Origin: Patescibacteria group bacterium
Lineage (GTDB): Bacteria > Patescibacteriota > Saccharimonadia > Saccharimonadales > 2-12-FULL-41-12
Direction of reading: 5' to 3'
Assembly (NCBI GenBank): GCA_038064875.1
Contig: JBBTSC010000001.1
Coordinates: forward strand, 1-53,368
Length of the DNA stretch: 53,368 bases
This document shows, one piece after another, positions 37,112 through 46,550 of this stretch. A model generated the notes under the pieces. That model searched no databases. It was given only the letters and a program-made list of their open reading frames with translations, and was not told the origin of the DNA. Numbering within the stretch: position 1 is the first letter of the stretch; each line of letters opens with the position of its first letter. The position numbers and the translations under genes were made by a program.

Positions 37112-38191
37112 ATGGATAAAAAGGAAATCAGTGAGCTTAGTAGCGCTATTGAAAAGGCGTACAAAGGCTTAAATATAGATGATGATGTGAAACTTCTTGA
37201 GAAAAAGAAGGCAGAATCATTAAACCCTGATTTTTGGCAGAATTCAGATCATGCAAGCAGTGTGATGCAGGAAATATCTAAATTAGAATCAAAAATTGCC
37301 GAGTGGCAAAGCCTAGCAAATGATATCAAAGATTTGGTTGAATTGGTCGAGATGGGGGACTCATCTTTAGTCGGGGATATACAATCTCAATTCAAGCAGG
37401 TCAGTGAACGATTTGAAGCAAAAAAAATTGAGCTAGCGTTCAGCGGACCGTACGACAACTCAGATGTGTATTTAGAAATATTTGCCGGAGCTGGCGGGAC
37501 TGATGCGCAGGATTGGACACAAATGTTACTCAGAATGTACTTGCGCTGGGCGGAGAAGAATAAGCTCAAGTCATCTGTTATCGAAGAATCATCTGGAGAA
37601 GAGGCGGGACTTAAAAGTGTTCGAATTGAACTATCGGGAGGAGATTATTTATACGGAAAACTGAAGGGCGAAGCTGGGGTGCACAGGTTGGTTCGTCTTA
37701 GTCCTTTCAACTCAGACAATTTACGCCAAACAAGCTTTGCTAAAGTCGATATTCTGCCTAAAATTAACAGCCCAGAGCAACTTGAGATTGACGAAAAAGA
37801 TCTAAAGATTGACGTATTTCGTGCTGGTGGCCACGGCGGACAGAGTGTGAACACTACAGATTCAGCTGTGCGTATCACTCATCTGCCAACGAACATAGTT
37901 GTATCGATCCAAAATGAGAGGTCTCAGATCCAGAATAAAGAAACAGCAATGTCGATACTTCGTTCTAAATTGGTTGCACTTCAACTCGAGCAACACAAAG
38001 AAAAAATCCAAGATCTTAAAGGTCCTAATGTATCTGCAGAGTGGGGTAATCAAATTAGAAGCTATGTTCTGCATCCTTATAATATGGTCAAGGATCTCCG
38101 AACCAACTACGAGACCAGCGATACAAGTGGCACGTTAGACGGCAACATAGACGAATTCATAACCGCCTACATCAATCACAACTTAAAATAA
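37112..38191 (+). CDS. prfB: Peptide chain release factor 2 (uninterrupted ORF)
   Basis: GAGGTDAQDW, GVHRLVRLSPF (SPF anticodon mimic), GGQSVN, WGNQIRSYV. Confidence 0.97.
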   Translation: MDKKEISELSSAIEKAYKGLNIDDDVKLLEKKKAESLNPDFWQNSDHASSVMQEISKLESKIAEWQSLANDIKDLVELVEMGDSSLVGDIQSQFKQVSERFEAKKIELAFSGPYDNSDVYLEIFAGAGGTDAQDWTQMLLRMYLRWAEKNKLKSSVIEESSGEEAGLKSVRIELSGGDYLYGKLKGEAGVHRLVRLSPFNSDNLRQTSFAKVDILPKINSPEQLEIDEKDLKIDVFRAGGHGGQSVNTTDSAVRITHLPTNIVVSIQNERSQIQNKETAMSILRSKLVALQLEQHKEKIQDLKGPNVSAEWGNQIRSYVLHPYNMVKDLRTNYETSDTSGTLDGNIDEFITAYINHNLK

Positions 38192-38222
38192 TTTAACTTG
38201 ATTAATAGAGATTAAGTCCAAG

Positions 38223-38261
38223 TTAATAGGACAAAGTCTCGGTGGGTCTTTCCTCCTTAAG
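38223..38261. repeat. CTTAAGG-type hairpin between convergent prfB and the AICAR transformylase gene (possible bidirectional terminator)
   Basis: Minus strand reads CTTAAGGAGGAAAGACCCACCGAGACTTTGTCCTATTAA. Its 5' arm closely matches the element at 29679. Confidence 0.5.
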
Positions 38262-38265
38262 GATT

Positions 38266-39309
38266 CTAATGTGCGTAGAATCCACGTCCAGAGTCTGGGC
38301 CAGCGTTATCGGGTACCGTATAAAAAGCAACCCCTAGATCCGTAAGTGTCTTCGCAACTTCCTCATCTTTGACAGATCCGTTCGTAGCAAAAATCGCTTT
38401 CACGCCAGCTTTAGCAAGTACTTCAGGTCCATCTGGAAAAGGGAAAAAGCTATCTCCAAAAGCTACTGAGCCTACAACTTCATGATTTGCTGCTACAGCG
38501 CGCTTTACAGCTAGCTCAGCTGCAGATACTCGGTCTTGTTGCCCTACACCGTTACCGATCAGCATACTGTCTTTAACGAGTGTGATTGTATTGCTGTTGC
38601 TGGTAACTGCAATAGCCCAAGCCAGCATCACAGAATTTTTCTGGGCTTCACTAAACGGGATTGAGTTTTTTGTAGTAACTTTTGAATCAAAATCCAAGAT
38701 ACTTGTGTAGTTATCTTGCGTAATATGTCCGCCACGCAAATAACGATCACGCTTTGTGCTATCAAGAGAATTTTTGTCTAGGTTAGCTAGGGCAGGGTTA
38801 GAGAACAATCTTAATTTGCCGTTCTTTCTCTGAAGAATTTCCTTCGCTTCATCTGTAAAAGATGGGGCTACAACCATATCAAGGAGTCTTTTTCCGTATG
38901 CAGAATTATATGTAACGAGCTCACTAGCGACATCACCAGTGACTTCAAAACTAAGCATCAATGATCCACCAAATATTGCTCTTAGATCTCCATCAAGCAT
39001 ATTTTGAACAACTTGTTTCCAGTTATCACCAACCCCAGCGCCACAGCAGTTACCATGTTTTGCGCCCAGAGCTATCAACGGGGTCTCGCCAGTATTAAGA
39101 GAATACACAGCACCCACATGAGTTATAGTCTGAAGCATTCTGTCTAGATCTGTTATATTGCAAAAACTTGGGTTCTCTCCTTGGGTTAATTCAAAATTGC
39201 CAATAGCTAGCGGGTCATTTGCTCCTCCTGGTAGCATATCAATGCCATAGCACTTTTGCTGAGGATTTTCTCCGTAAATGACAGTTATTTCTGATAATTT
39301 TTTACTCAC
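38266..39309 (-). CDS. purH: Stand-alone AICAR transformylase (PurH C-terminal domain only)
   Basis: YGENPQQ, AKHGNCCG (catalytic Lys-His), RAIFGG, SNSNTI, GVGQQDRV, DSFFPFPD. No N-terminal MGS-like cyclohydrolase domain. Confidence 0.88.
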   Translation of the reverse strand: MSKKLSEITVIYGENPQQKCYGIDMLPGGANDPLAIGNFELTQGENPSFCNITDLDRMLQTITHVGAVYSLNTGETPLIALGAKHGNCCGAGVGDNWKQVVQNMLDGDLRAIFGGSLMLSFEVTGDVASELVTYNSAYGKRLLDMVVAPSFTDEAKEILQRKNGKLRLFSNPALANLDKNSLDSTKRDRYLRGGHITQDNYTSILDFDSKVTTKNSIPFSEAQKNSVMLAWAIAVTSNSNTITLVKDSMLIGNGVGQQDRVSAAELAVKRAVAANHEVVGSVAFGDSFFPFPDGPEVLAKAGVKAIFATNGSVKDEEVAKTLTDLGVAFYTVPDNAGPDSGRGFYAH

Positions 39310-40040
39310 TGGGGTGTCTCTCCATTCTTGTTAATAATGTAAAATTCAGATTTGGCCGCTGGGTTCATGGGTATCATTTTCACCGCAATACTTATCTTGT
39401 TTTCCGCGTCCAGTAGCTCCCAGAATTTCTGAGCAATATCCTCAGCGGAACCAGCTATTCCTACTACGAAAGGTCTAGAATCAAATGAAGGTATGGGGTC
39501 TCCATCCCCTTTATATGTATGGATACAGAGGCCTTTACCTTTTTTAAAGTTGGCAAGAGTTTTCTCATATATTTTTCTAACAGGCCTATCCTCGATAGGA
39601 TCTTTGCTAATGATTGAGAATTTTATTGATTGATCAGACCCAAAAAATCCAGAAATTCTCGGTGTAAAATTAGGTGCATCTGGTTCATAGGTTCTGGTAG
39701 CTAATGCATCTTCAAAGCTAGAACCTTTCTCTACAAAATCAGCAATAGTCGTGGTTTGATCTCCGTTACTGACAATGTGATTATTTGCTACTTCAGTCAT
39801 TGCATCATAAATAATAAGACTAGGATCTTCTACTTTTGAAGGATCATAGGCTTTAGTCTTCAGGTTTTCGTTTTCTAAGCTGAGGATTCTGTTGCGCGAA
39901 TTTTCACTGCGTCCCATTAGCCAGTACACTTGCACAAAATAAGTGCCAGTGCTATCAATTCCCATAATAATTCCTCTGCCAGGATAAGAGTTGTCTCTAA
40001 GGGCAGACTCGTTCAGTACGTGTTCTTCCACGGATTTCAA
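39306..40040 (-). CDS. purO: Archaeal-type IMP cyclohydrolase (Ntn-hydrolase fold)
   Basis: NSYPGRGIIMG, YWLMGRSENSRNR, IVSNGDQT, YEPDAPNFTPRISG. Probable start TTG 40040 after an AGAAAGGGA SD; overlaps the downstream gene by 4 bp. Confidence 0.85.
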   Translation of the reverse strand: MKSVEEHVLNESALRDNSYPGRGIIMGIDSTGTYFVQVYWLMGRSENSRNRILSLENENLKTKAYDPSKVEDPSLIIYDAMTEVANNHIVSNGDQTTTIADFVEKGSSFEDALATRTYEPDAPNFTPRISGFFGSDQSIKFSIISKDPIEDRPVRKIYEKTLANFKKGKGLCIHTYKGDGDPIPSFDSRPFVVGIAGSAEDIAQKFWELLDAENKISIAVKMIPMNPAAKSEFYIINKNGETPQ

Positions 40041-40106
40041 AAGTCCCTTTCTTACATATATTAGCAAAAACCGTACGTGTATTCAAAGTTTGCTATAATA
40101 GTCCTA

Positions 40107-40793
40107 ATGATATTGTTAGATCGGGTATCAAAAGTCTATAACAAGAATTCTACAGAGGCAGCAATTTCTCGGATTAGTCTACATGTCGAGCCGAAAGAGT
40201 TTGTGATAGTGGTGGGGCAGAGTGGTGCCGGTAAATCAACACTATTCAAATTGTTAACACGTGAAGAAAAACCAACAAGTGGCAAAATTATTGTCGGAGG
40301 AATAGATTATGAGAATCTCAAAGACAAGGACATCCCAAAGTTGCGTCGTAAAATAGGTGTTGTTTTTCAAGATTTCAAATTGCTTCCTAACAAAACAGTT
40401 TTCGAAAATGTAGCTTTTGCACTTGAAATAGTTGGCGTTAGCAACCGTGAGATCAAGCACACAGTACCAAAAGTATTATCTATAGTCGGACTCAAATCAA
40501 AAGAAGATAGATATCCACGTGAGTTGTCTGGTGGGGAACGACAGAGGGTGGCAATAGCCAGGGCAATTGTTCGTCAGCCAAAAATCCTAATAGCTGATGA
40601 GCCGACTGGTAACCTCGACCCAAAGCATGCATGGGATGTTATTCGGGTGTTAGAGCGGATCAACAAATTCGGAACAACCGTTATGCTGACCACTCACAAC
40701 CAAGAAATTGTGAATAAATTGAAAAGACGGGTGATTACCATTAAAGACGGGAAGATCGTTAGCGATAAAGCTAATGCATCATACGAGGTTTAG
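40107..40793 (+). CDS. ftsE: Cell division ATP-binding protein FtsE
   Basis: GQSGAGKST, FQDFKLL, LSGGERQR, ADEPTGNLD. Start re-placed at ATG 40107. Confidence 0.95.
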   Translation: MILLDRVSKVYNKNSTEAAISRISLHVEPKEFVIVVGQSGAGKSTLFKLLTREEKPTSGKIIVGGIDYENLKDKDIPKLRRKIGVVFQDFKLLPNKTVFENVAFALEIVGVSNREIKHTVPKVLSIVGLKSKEDRYPRELSGGERQRVAIARAIVRQPKILIADEPTGNLDPKHAWDVIRVLERINKFGTTVMLTTHNQEIVNKLKRRVITIKDGKIVSDKANASYEV

Positions 40794-40796
40794 ACT

Positions 40797-41789
40797 ATGA
40801 GCAGGCAGACTAGGGGTAGAAAATTCACTACAATAATGCGGATCTTTAAGACCGGATTTATCAATTTCTTTAGAAATTTCTCACTGAGTGTCGCAGCCAC
40901 AGCCGTTATGGTTGTAACACTTACGATTGTTCTGTTTTTTGTGATTGCTAATGCAACTTTTAACCATTCAATCCAGGAGATCAATGACAAAATTAACGTG
41001 TCGGTTTATCTAAAAGATAATATTTCTGAAGATAAAAAAGAAGGCTTGATGCAGGATCTGCGCAGTCTCAGCAATGTCAAAGAACTTAAATATGTATCGA
41101 AAGAAGATGCTTTAAAGCAATATCGTGAGGACAACAAAGACAATCTCGAACTACTTCTAGCTGTGTCACAGACAGATAATCCTTTGCCAGCTACAATCCA
41201 GATAAAGCCAAAAGACCCAAGCAGAAACGAAGAAATCAAGACAGTTTTAGAGCGTTCAGATATTAAAGAACTCCAATCTGACGAAACTTCCTACTCTGGT
41301 GATCGCAAAGAGGCAATAGATAAGATTTCCACTGCCACCACGTTTTTCAAAAAAGCCGTTTTCGTATCTGTAGTTGTCTTTGCTTTTATCTCTATGTTGA
41401 TTATTTTCAATACAATTCAAATGGCTATATTCAACCGACGTGACGAACTCAGGATCATGCGACTTCTAGGAGCTAGTACTTGGTTCATTCGTGGGCCCTT
41501 CATTGTAGAAACTATGTTCTACGGCGTTGTGTCGGCTGTCCTCTCAATAGTAATCTGTAATGCATTGTTTGTAGTGCAGGAGCAAGCGTTTGACTCGAGC
41601 ACACTCGGCCTTTTGGACATAACTTATGCAAATCAATATTTTGCTGATAATTTCTTTATATTCTTCGGCATGCAATTACTCTTTGGCATGTCTATTGGGG
41701 CAATATCAGCTCTAATAGCTACCAAGAGATTCTTGAGGTTCTCGAACAAATCACACATCCTTTGGCGCAAGCGTCAACAGACATTATAA
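40797..41789 (+). CDS. ftsX: Cell division permease FtsX
   Basis: TM1, large extracellular loop (YVSKEDAL, NPLP), IFNTIQMAIFNRRDELRIMRLLGAS. Confidence 0.93.
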   Translation: MSRQTRGRKFTTIMRIFKTGFINFFRNFSLSVAATAVMVVTLTIVLFFVIANATFNHSIQEINDKINVSVYLKDNISEDKKEGLMQDLRSLSNVKELKYVSKEDALKQYREDNKDNLELLLAVSQTDNPLPATIQIKPKDPSRNEEIKTVLERSDIKELQSDETSYSGDRKEAIDKISTATTFFKKAVFVSVVVFAFISMLIIFNTIQMAIFNRRDELRIMRLLGASTWFIRGPFIVETMFYGVVSAVLSIVICNALFVVQEQAFDSSTLGLLDITYANQYFADNFFIFFGMQLLFGMSIGAISALIATKRFLRFSNKSHILWRKRQQTL

Positions 41790-41817
41790 GAATTCCCACA
41801 AAACATATAATCACCAC

Positions 41818-41846
41818 TTGAAAAAGCTTACGTTTTTTGCTATACT
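41818..41846 (+). promoter_or_regulatory. Promoter of the CHAP hydrolase gene
   Basis: TTGAAA (41818-23), 17 nt, TG-c-TATACT (41838-46). Confidence 0.65.
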
Positions 41847-41902
41847 GTGACTACTGATAACAAAAACAAAATACAATCTAACATTATAAAGAGGCATCGC
41901 CG

Positions 41903-43012
41903 ATGAGAAAACAGCTCAAAACAATATCTACAACCCTAACAATCGTAGTCTTTGTGGCTACAGTTTTAGTTGTGCCTATTGTCCAAGCTGATAGATTCGA
42001 CGAACAAATCAATGCGATAAATCAAGATACCTCTGTAAAACAAAATCAGAATTCCCAGCTTGGCGCAGAAGCAGCTTCTCTCAGCGACACAATCAACAAA
42101 TTGCAAGAGCAAATCAATGCGATGCAAAGCAAAATTGACACTAACAGGCAGAAAATTGATGAGCTTAAAGTAGAAATTGCTAAGGCAGAAGCAGAATTGG
42201 CCAAACAACGCTCAATTTTAGGTGAAACTATCAAGAGTATGTATCTTGATGGCGACATTTCAACCCTTGAGATGCTTGCTACGTCCAAGGATCTGAGTGA
42301 TTTCTTTGACAAACAGCAATATAAGGAAAGCGTTCAAAATAAAGTAAAAGTTACCTTGGACAAAGTTCAACAACTAAAGCTAGACCTCAACACCCAAAAA
42401 GAAACAACAGAGAAGATTTTAGCAGAACAACAAAGTCTACAGAATCAAGTATTGGCACAAAGAGCCGAAAAAGATCGTATTCTTAGTCTGAATCAAGATC
42501 AGCAAAATGCTCTCAATGCACAGATAAAAGAAAACAGTGCTAAAGTGTCACAACTTCGTTCACAGCAAGCAACTGAAAATGCCAAACTCTTTAGAGGCGG
42601 TGGTGCTCGTGTTGTTCCTGGTTCGAATGGTCGCGACACGTATCCAAATGTTTGGAGAAATTCTCCTCAAGACTCTATGCTTGATAGTTGGGGCATGTAT
42701 AACCGCGAATGCGTTAGTTATACTGCTTGGAAAGTTTATGAAAGTCGAGGCTACATGCCATATTGGGGTGGCCGTGGAAACGCTAACCAGTGGGACGACA
42801 ACGCTCGAGCAGCTGGAATACCCGTAGACGGTAACCCGAGGCCTGGTGATGTGGCAGTATGGAACGTCGGCTACTATGGTCATGTTATGTATGTCGAGAG
42901 CGTAAACAGCAACGGCACAATCAATATCAGCCAATACAATTATTCGTATGACGGAACATATTCAGAAGGCTATAACTTAAGCCCTGCTGGTCTCGTATTT
43001 ATACACTTTTAA
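41903..43012 (+). CDS. PcsB/CwlO-like peptidoglycan hydrolase (signal peptide, coiled coil, CHAP domain)
   Basis: Long Q/E/K heptad coiled coil, ECVSYTAW (Cys), WGGRGNANQW, GHVMYVE (His); follows ftsEX. Confidence 0.9.
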   Translation: MRKQLKTISTTLTIVVFVATVLVVPIVQADRFDEQINAINQDTSVKQNQNSQLGAEAASLSDTINKLQEQINAMQSKIDTNRQKIDELKVEIAKAEAELAKQRSILGETIKSMYLDGDISTLEMLATSKDLSDFFDKQQYKESVQNKVKVTLDKVQQLKLDLNTQKETTEKILAEQQSLQNQVLAQRAEKDRILSLNQDQQNALNAQIKENSAKVSQLRSQQATENAKLFRGGGARVVPGSNGRDTYPNVWRNSPQDSMLDSWGMYNRECVSYTAWKVYESRGYMPYWGGRGNANQWDDNARAAGIPVDGNPRPGDVAVWNVGYYGHVMYVESVNSNGTINISQYNYSYDGTYSEGYNLSPAGLVFIHF

Positions 43013-43016
43013 AAAA

Positions 43017-43042
43017 CTTAAGAGAGGGACACCCCCTCTTAA
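43017..43042. repeat. CTTAAG-type hairpin after the CHAP gene stop
   Basis: CTTAAGAGAGGG-acac-CCCCTCTTAA. Confidence 0.5.
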
Positions 43043-43065
43043 CGCTTCGCTATTCTCCCCCAAGC

Positions 43066-43104
43066 AGTAAAATATTCCAGAAGTAAATTCTGAGAATATT
43101 TTTT
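43066..43104 (+). terminator. Putative intrinsic terminator
   Basis: AAAATATTC-CAGAA-gtaaa-TTCTG-A-GAATATTTT followed by further T residues; AT-rich, so weak. Confidence 0.45.
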
Positions 43105-43196
43105 ATCTTTGATTTGGCTTAAGATTATTGTTCGAATATCCTCGACATTATTAGCCTAAAACGATAGAATGTATAGATAAACAAAAGAGGGGAACA

Positions 43197-44396
43197 GTGG
43201 AAGAATCAAAGAATTCTAAGAAGAAAAATTGGCTAATTTTTGGCCGAAACCTCGTCCTATTATCAGCGATATTTTTAATTGGTGCATATTTTGGGAAGTA
43301 TGGATACAAATTTACCCCAGACGGTATTTATCAGACAAGCGTTCAAAATAATGAGACAAAGCTTAATTACGGTGAGGTAGATCAGGTATATGAGCAGTTA
43401 AAAAACAATTTTGATGGACAACTCGACCAGCAGAAGCTAAATGATGGCCTCAAAGAAGGGCTTGTACGTTCTGCAGGAGATCCGTACACTGAATACCTCA
43501 ACGTAGAGTCTAGCAAAGAATTTAGTGAAGATTTGTCAGGGAGTTTTGAAGGAATTGGTGCGGAGCTTAGTAAAAAAGAGAAGTACGTAGAAGTAGTGTC
43601 GCCTATAACTGGCTATCCTGCTGAAAAAGCTGGTATTAGATCAAAAGACGTGATTGCAGAGATTGACGGACAGTCAGCATATGACATTTCGGTGTCAGAA
43701 GCAGTCAAAAAGATTCGAGGTCCAAAGGGCACAAAGGTCAAATTAAAGGTCGTCCGAGACGGCAAGCCAATAGATTTCGAAATAACTAGAGAGACGATAT
43801 CTTTGCCAAGCGTTACTAGTGAGATGGTTGAGGGTGTAGGCGTGATTAAAGTTTCACGTTTTGGCTCCGATACTTCGAGTCTAGCGCGAAGTGCAGCGGT
43901 TGATCTAAAGGCAAAAGGGGCTAAAGGCATTGTGCTTGATCTGCGGAATGACCCAGGTGGATTGTTAGATTCAGCGGTTGATCTCTCAAGTCTATGGCTC
44001 GACGAAAATCAGCTTGTTGTAGAGGAAAAGCGTGGTGGAAAATCTATCAAAAAGATTAACGCCACAGGTGACAATATTCTCAAAGGCATACCAACAATAG
44101 TGTTGATTAACAGTGGTAGTGCAAGTGCAAGTGAAATTACTGCTGGAGCACTGCGTGACCATGGCGTAGCGACACTTATTGGTGAAAAATCATATGGAAA
44201 AGGAAGCGTTCAACAAGTCATAGAGCTGACTAATGGCGCATCACTGAAGGTAACTATTGCTCGCTGGTTTACCCCAGGTGGCAAAAACATCGACAAAGAA
44301 GGTATCAAGCCAGACGTAGAAGTTAAAATGACTGACGACGACTATACGAACAAAAAAGATCCACAAAAAGACACTGCCATATCAAAACTTAAATAG
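43197..44396 (+). CDS. ctpA: Carboxy-terminal processing protease (S41A) with a PDZ domain
   Basis: GDPYTEY, GIGAEL, LDLRNDPGG, SASASEI (Ser), GKGSVQ (Lys); GTG start with SD GAGGGG. Confidence 0.93.
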   Translation: MEESKNSKKKNWLIFGRNLVLLSAIFLIGAYFGKYGYKFTPDGIYQTSVQNNETKLNYGEVDQVYEQLKNNFDGQLDQQKLNDGLKEGLVRSAGDPYTEYLNVESSKEFSEDLSGSFEGIGAELSKKEKYVEVVSPITGYPAEKAGIRSKDVIAEIDGQSAYDISVSEAVKKIRGPKGTKVKLKVVRDGKPIDFEITRETISLPSVTSEMVEGVGVIKVSRFGSDTSSLARSAAVDLKAKGAKGIVLDLRNDPGGLLDSAVDLSSLWLDENQLVVEEKRGGKSIKKINATGDNILKGIPTIVLINSGSASASEITAGALRDHGVATLIGEKSYGKGSVQQVIELTNGASLKVTIARWFTPGGKNIDKEGIKPDVEVKMTDDDYTNKKDPQKDTAISKLK

Positions 44397-44462
44397 AATA
44401 TTGAATTTTAGGCTAACCAGTTATATAATCTTTCTAGTTTAAGTTTTAGGTAAGGAGTAGCT

Positions 44463-44852
44463 ATGGGTCCTGAATCAGCTGGTGAGGCTAGAGAAGTGGT
44501 GGATGTACAAAGAGTTGAATTGACTGAGTTCGAGCAAGGTCAAGGGATTGTTGTCCAGCTAGAAGGTGGAGGATCTCTTAGCGTTGGGCTTATTGATCCC
44601 GAGAGTGGTTTGGCAGTAGTCAAACTAAATACCCAAGGTCCCGGCAGGGTTGGTTATCGGGATACTGTTGCTATAGTAGGCACGAGACCTTATCAAGAGG
44701 GAGCTGTAAAACGAGTCGACCAAAAAGCAGAAGCCGATGTGGAGGGCGTTGAGTGGGGTGTGGTAACTTTCGGTGAAGAATTGGTGATCAAGGGCCAAGA
44801 AGTAGATAAAATTCTGTTCACCGGACAAGCCGTAGAATGTATCGTAGCTTAA
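44463..44852 (+). CDS. Hypothetical acidic protein
   Basis: 129 aa with SD AAGGAG and no recognised motif. Confidence 0.55.
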   Translation: MGPESAGEAREVVDVQRVELTEFEQGQGIVVQLEGGGSLSVGLIDPESGLAVVKLNTQGPGRVGYRDTVAIVGTRPYQEGAVKRVDQKAEADVEGVEWGVVTFGEELVIKGQEVDKILFTGQAVECIVA

Positions 44853-44945
44853 ATAGAATACACAATAAATTTCGTTATAGAAGTACATTGCTGTAGAATA
44901 GATAGGTAAACAAGGGAGAGGATTTAAGGATTATTGAGATAGGTC

Positions 44946-46523
44946 ATGACTAAATATATTTTTGTGACTGGAGGTGTACTATCAGGGCTCGGTAAGGGTA
45001 TCACTGCTGCATCTATCGGTAACATCTTGAAAAGTCGTGGACTAAAAGTCAGTATCCAAAAATGCGATCCTTATCTTAACTTCGATGCAGGTACCCTAAA
45101 TCCTGCGGAACATGGTGAATGTTTTGTAACTCGTGATGGCGCAGAGACAGACCTAGACTTAGGGCACTACGAAAGATTCCTAGACGAGGAAATGACTCGC
45201 TCAAGTAGCCTAATGAGCGGTCGAGTGATGATGGAGTTAATCAATGAGGAGAGGGACGGCAAATATCTTGGTAAAACAGTCCAGGTTATCCCACATCTTA
45301 CAGATCTCATTCAAAAGAAAATTGTTGAGGCAGGTAAGAACTCAGATGTGCACATTGTCGAAATCGGTGGTACTGTTGGCGATTTTGAAAGTCCAGCTTT
45401 TGTAGAGGCTATACGTGAACTCGGATTCAAACAAGGACGCGAGAATGCGCTTTTTGTACATGTAGTTTATGCTCCGTATCTGGGTGCTAGCCAAGAATTT
45501 AAGACTAAACCGGCTCAGAACGCAGTTAGGGATTTAAGGGCTGTTGGTATTATGCCAGATATCTTGGCGGTGCGCAGTGAAGATCAGCCGGGTAAAGAAA
45601 TTGTTACCAAAACGAGCATGTTCAGTGGCGTTCCAGAGGAAGCGATTGTACTTTTACCAAATGCGAAGAGTATTTATGAGGTTCCACTAACACTTGAAGA
45701 ATCAAAAATTGGTGAATATATTGTCGACAGACTTAAATTAAAAGCTAAAAAACCTTCTAACAAAGACTGGAAAAAGATGGTTGATTTAGCGCTGACTAAA
45801 AATCGCACTAAGCGCAAGATTGCCTTTGTGGCAAAATATCTAGACAACCAAGATACATACATTTCAGTGTTTGAAGCACTTCGTTCGGCTGCACTGTGGG
45901 AAGAAATTGACCTAGAAATAAATTGGATAGATTCAGAAAAATTAAACTCTCCAGATCAACTCAAAGAATATGATGGGATATTGGTGCCAGGTGGCTTCGG
46001 AGTGCGTGGGGCAGAAGGCAAGATCTTTGCTGCAGACTATGCATATAAATCAAATACGCCGTATCTAGGCCTCTGTTTGGGCTTGCAGGTGGCTATTATT
46101 GCTGCAGTACGAAGGCAATTAGGTACAAAAGATGTTAATTCAGTAGAATTTGATCCAAATACCAAGAATCCGGTGATATTTACTATGCCAGACCAATTAG
46201 GCAAAGAAAACACAGGTGGCACAATGCGACTTGGTAACTACGACTGCAAGCTAGACAAAAAATCGAAGGTATATGATCTGTATGGGTCTGAAAATATCGT
46301 TGAAAGACACCGACATAGGTATGAATGCAACAACGATTATGTAGATGTCATAAACCAATCAGGGATCAATATAGTCGGGCGTAACACAGAAAGAAATCTT
46401 GTTGAGATAATTGAGGGTAGCGACCACCCTTTTTACGTTGCATCGCAGTTTCATCCTGAGTTTAAGTCAAGGCCAGTCAGACCACATCCTCTCTTTGCGG
46501 GATTCGTCAAAGCCTTGAAATAA
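44946..46523 (+). CDS. pyrG: CTP synthase
   Basis: FVTGGVLSGLGKG, ETDLDLGHYERF, KTKPAQ, PGGFG, GLCLGLQ (Cys), ERHRHRYE, QFHPE. Confidence 0.98.
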   Translation: MTKYIFVTGGVLSGLGKGITAASIGNILKSRGLKVSIQKCDPYLNFDAGTLNPAEHGECFVTRDGAETDLDLGHYERFLDEEMTRSSSLMSGRVMMELINEERDGKYLGKTVQVIPHLTDLIQKKIVEAGKNSDVHIVEIGGTVGDFESPAFVEAIRELGFKQGRENALFVHVVYAPYLGASQEFKTKPAQNAVRDLRAVGIMPDILAVRSEDQPGKEIVTKTSMFSGVPEEAIVLLPNAKSIYEVPLTLEESKIGEYIVDRLKLKAKKPSNKDWKKMVDLALTKNRTKRKIAFVAKYLDNQDTYISVFEALRSAALWEEIDLEINWIDSEKLNSPDQLKEYDGILVPGGFGVRGAEGKIFAADYAYKSNTPYLGLCLGLQVAIIAAVRRQLGTKDVNSVEFDPNTKNPVIFTMPDQLGKENTGGTMRLGNYDCKLDKKSKVYDLYGSENIVERHRHRYECNNDYVDVINQSGINIVGRNTERNLVEIIEGSDHPFYVASQFHPEFKSRPVRPHPLFAGFVKALK

Positions 46524-46550
46524 TCTGAGCGATAGATTACCATAAGAGTT

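Noticed and set aside
16661-38191. RF1 and RF2 both begin MDKKE
   Set aside because: Only five residues in lysine/acid-rich N-termini; identity does not extend further at DNA or protein level, so this is most likely coincidence
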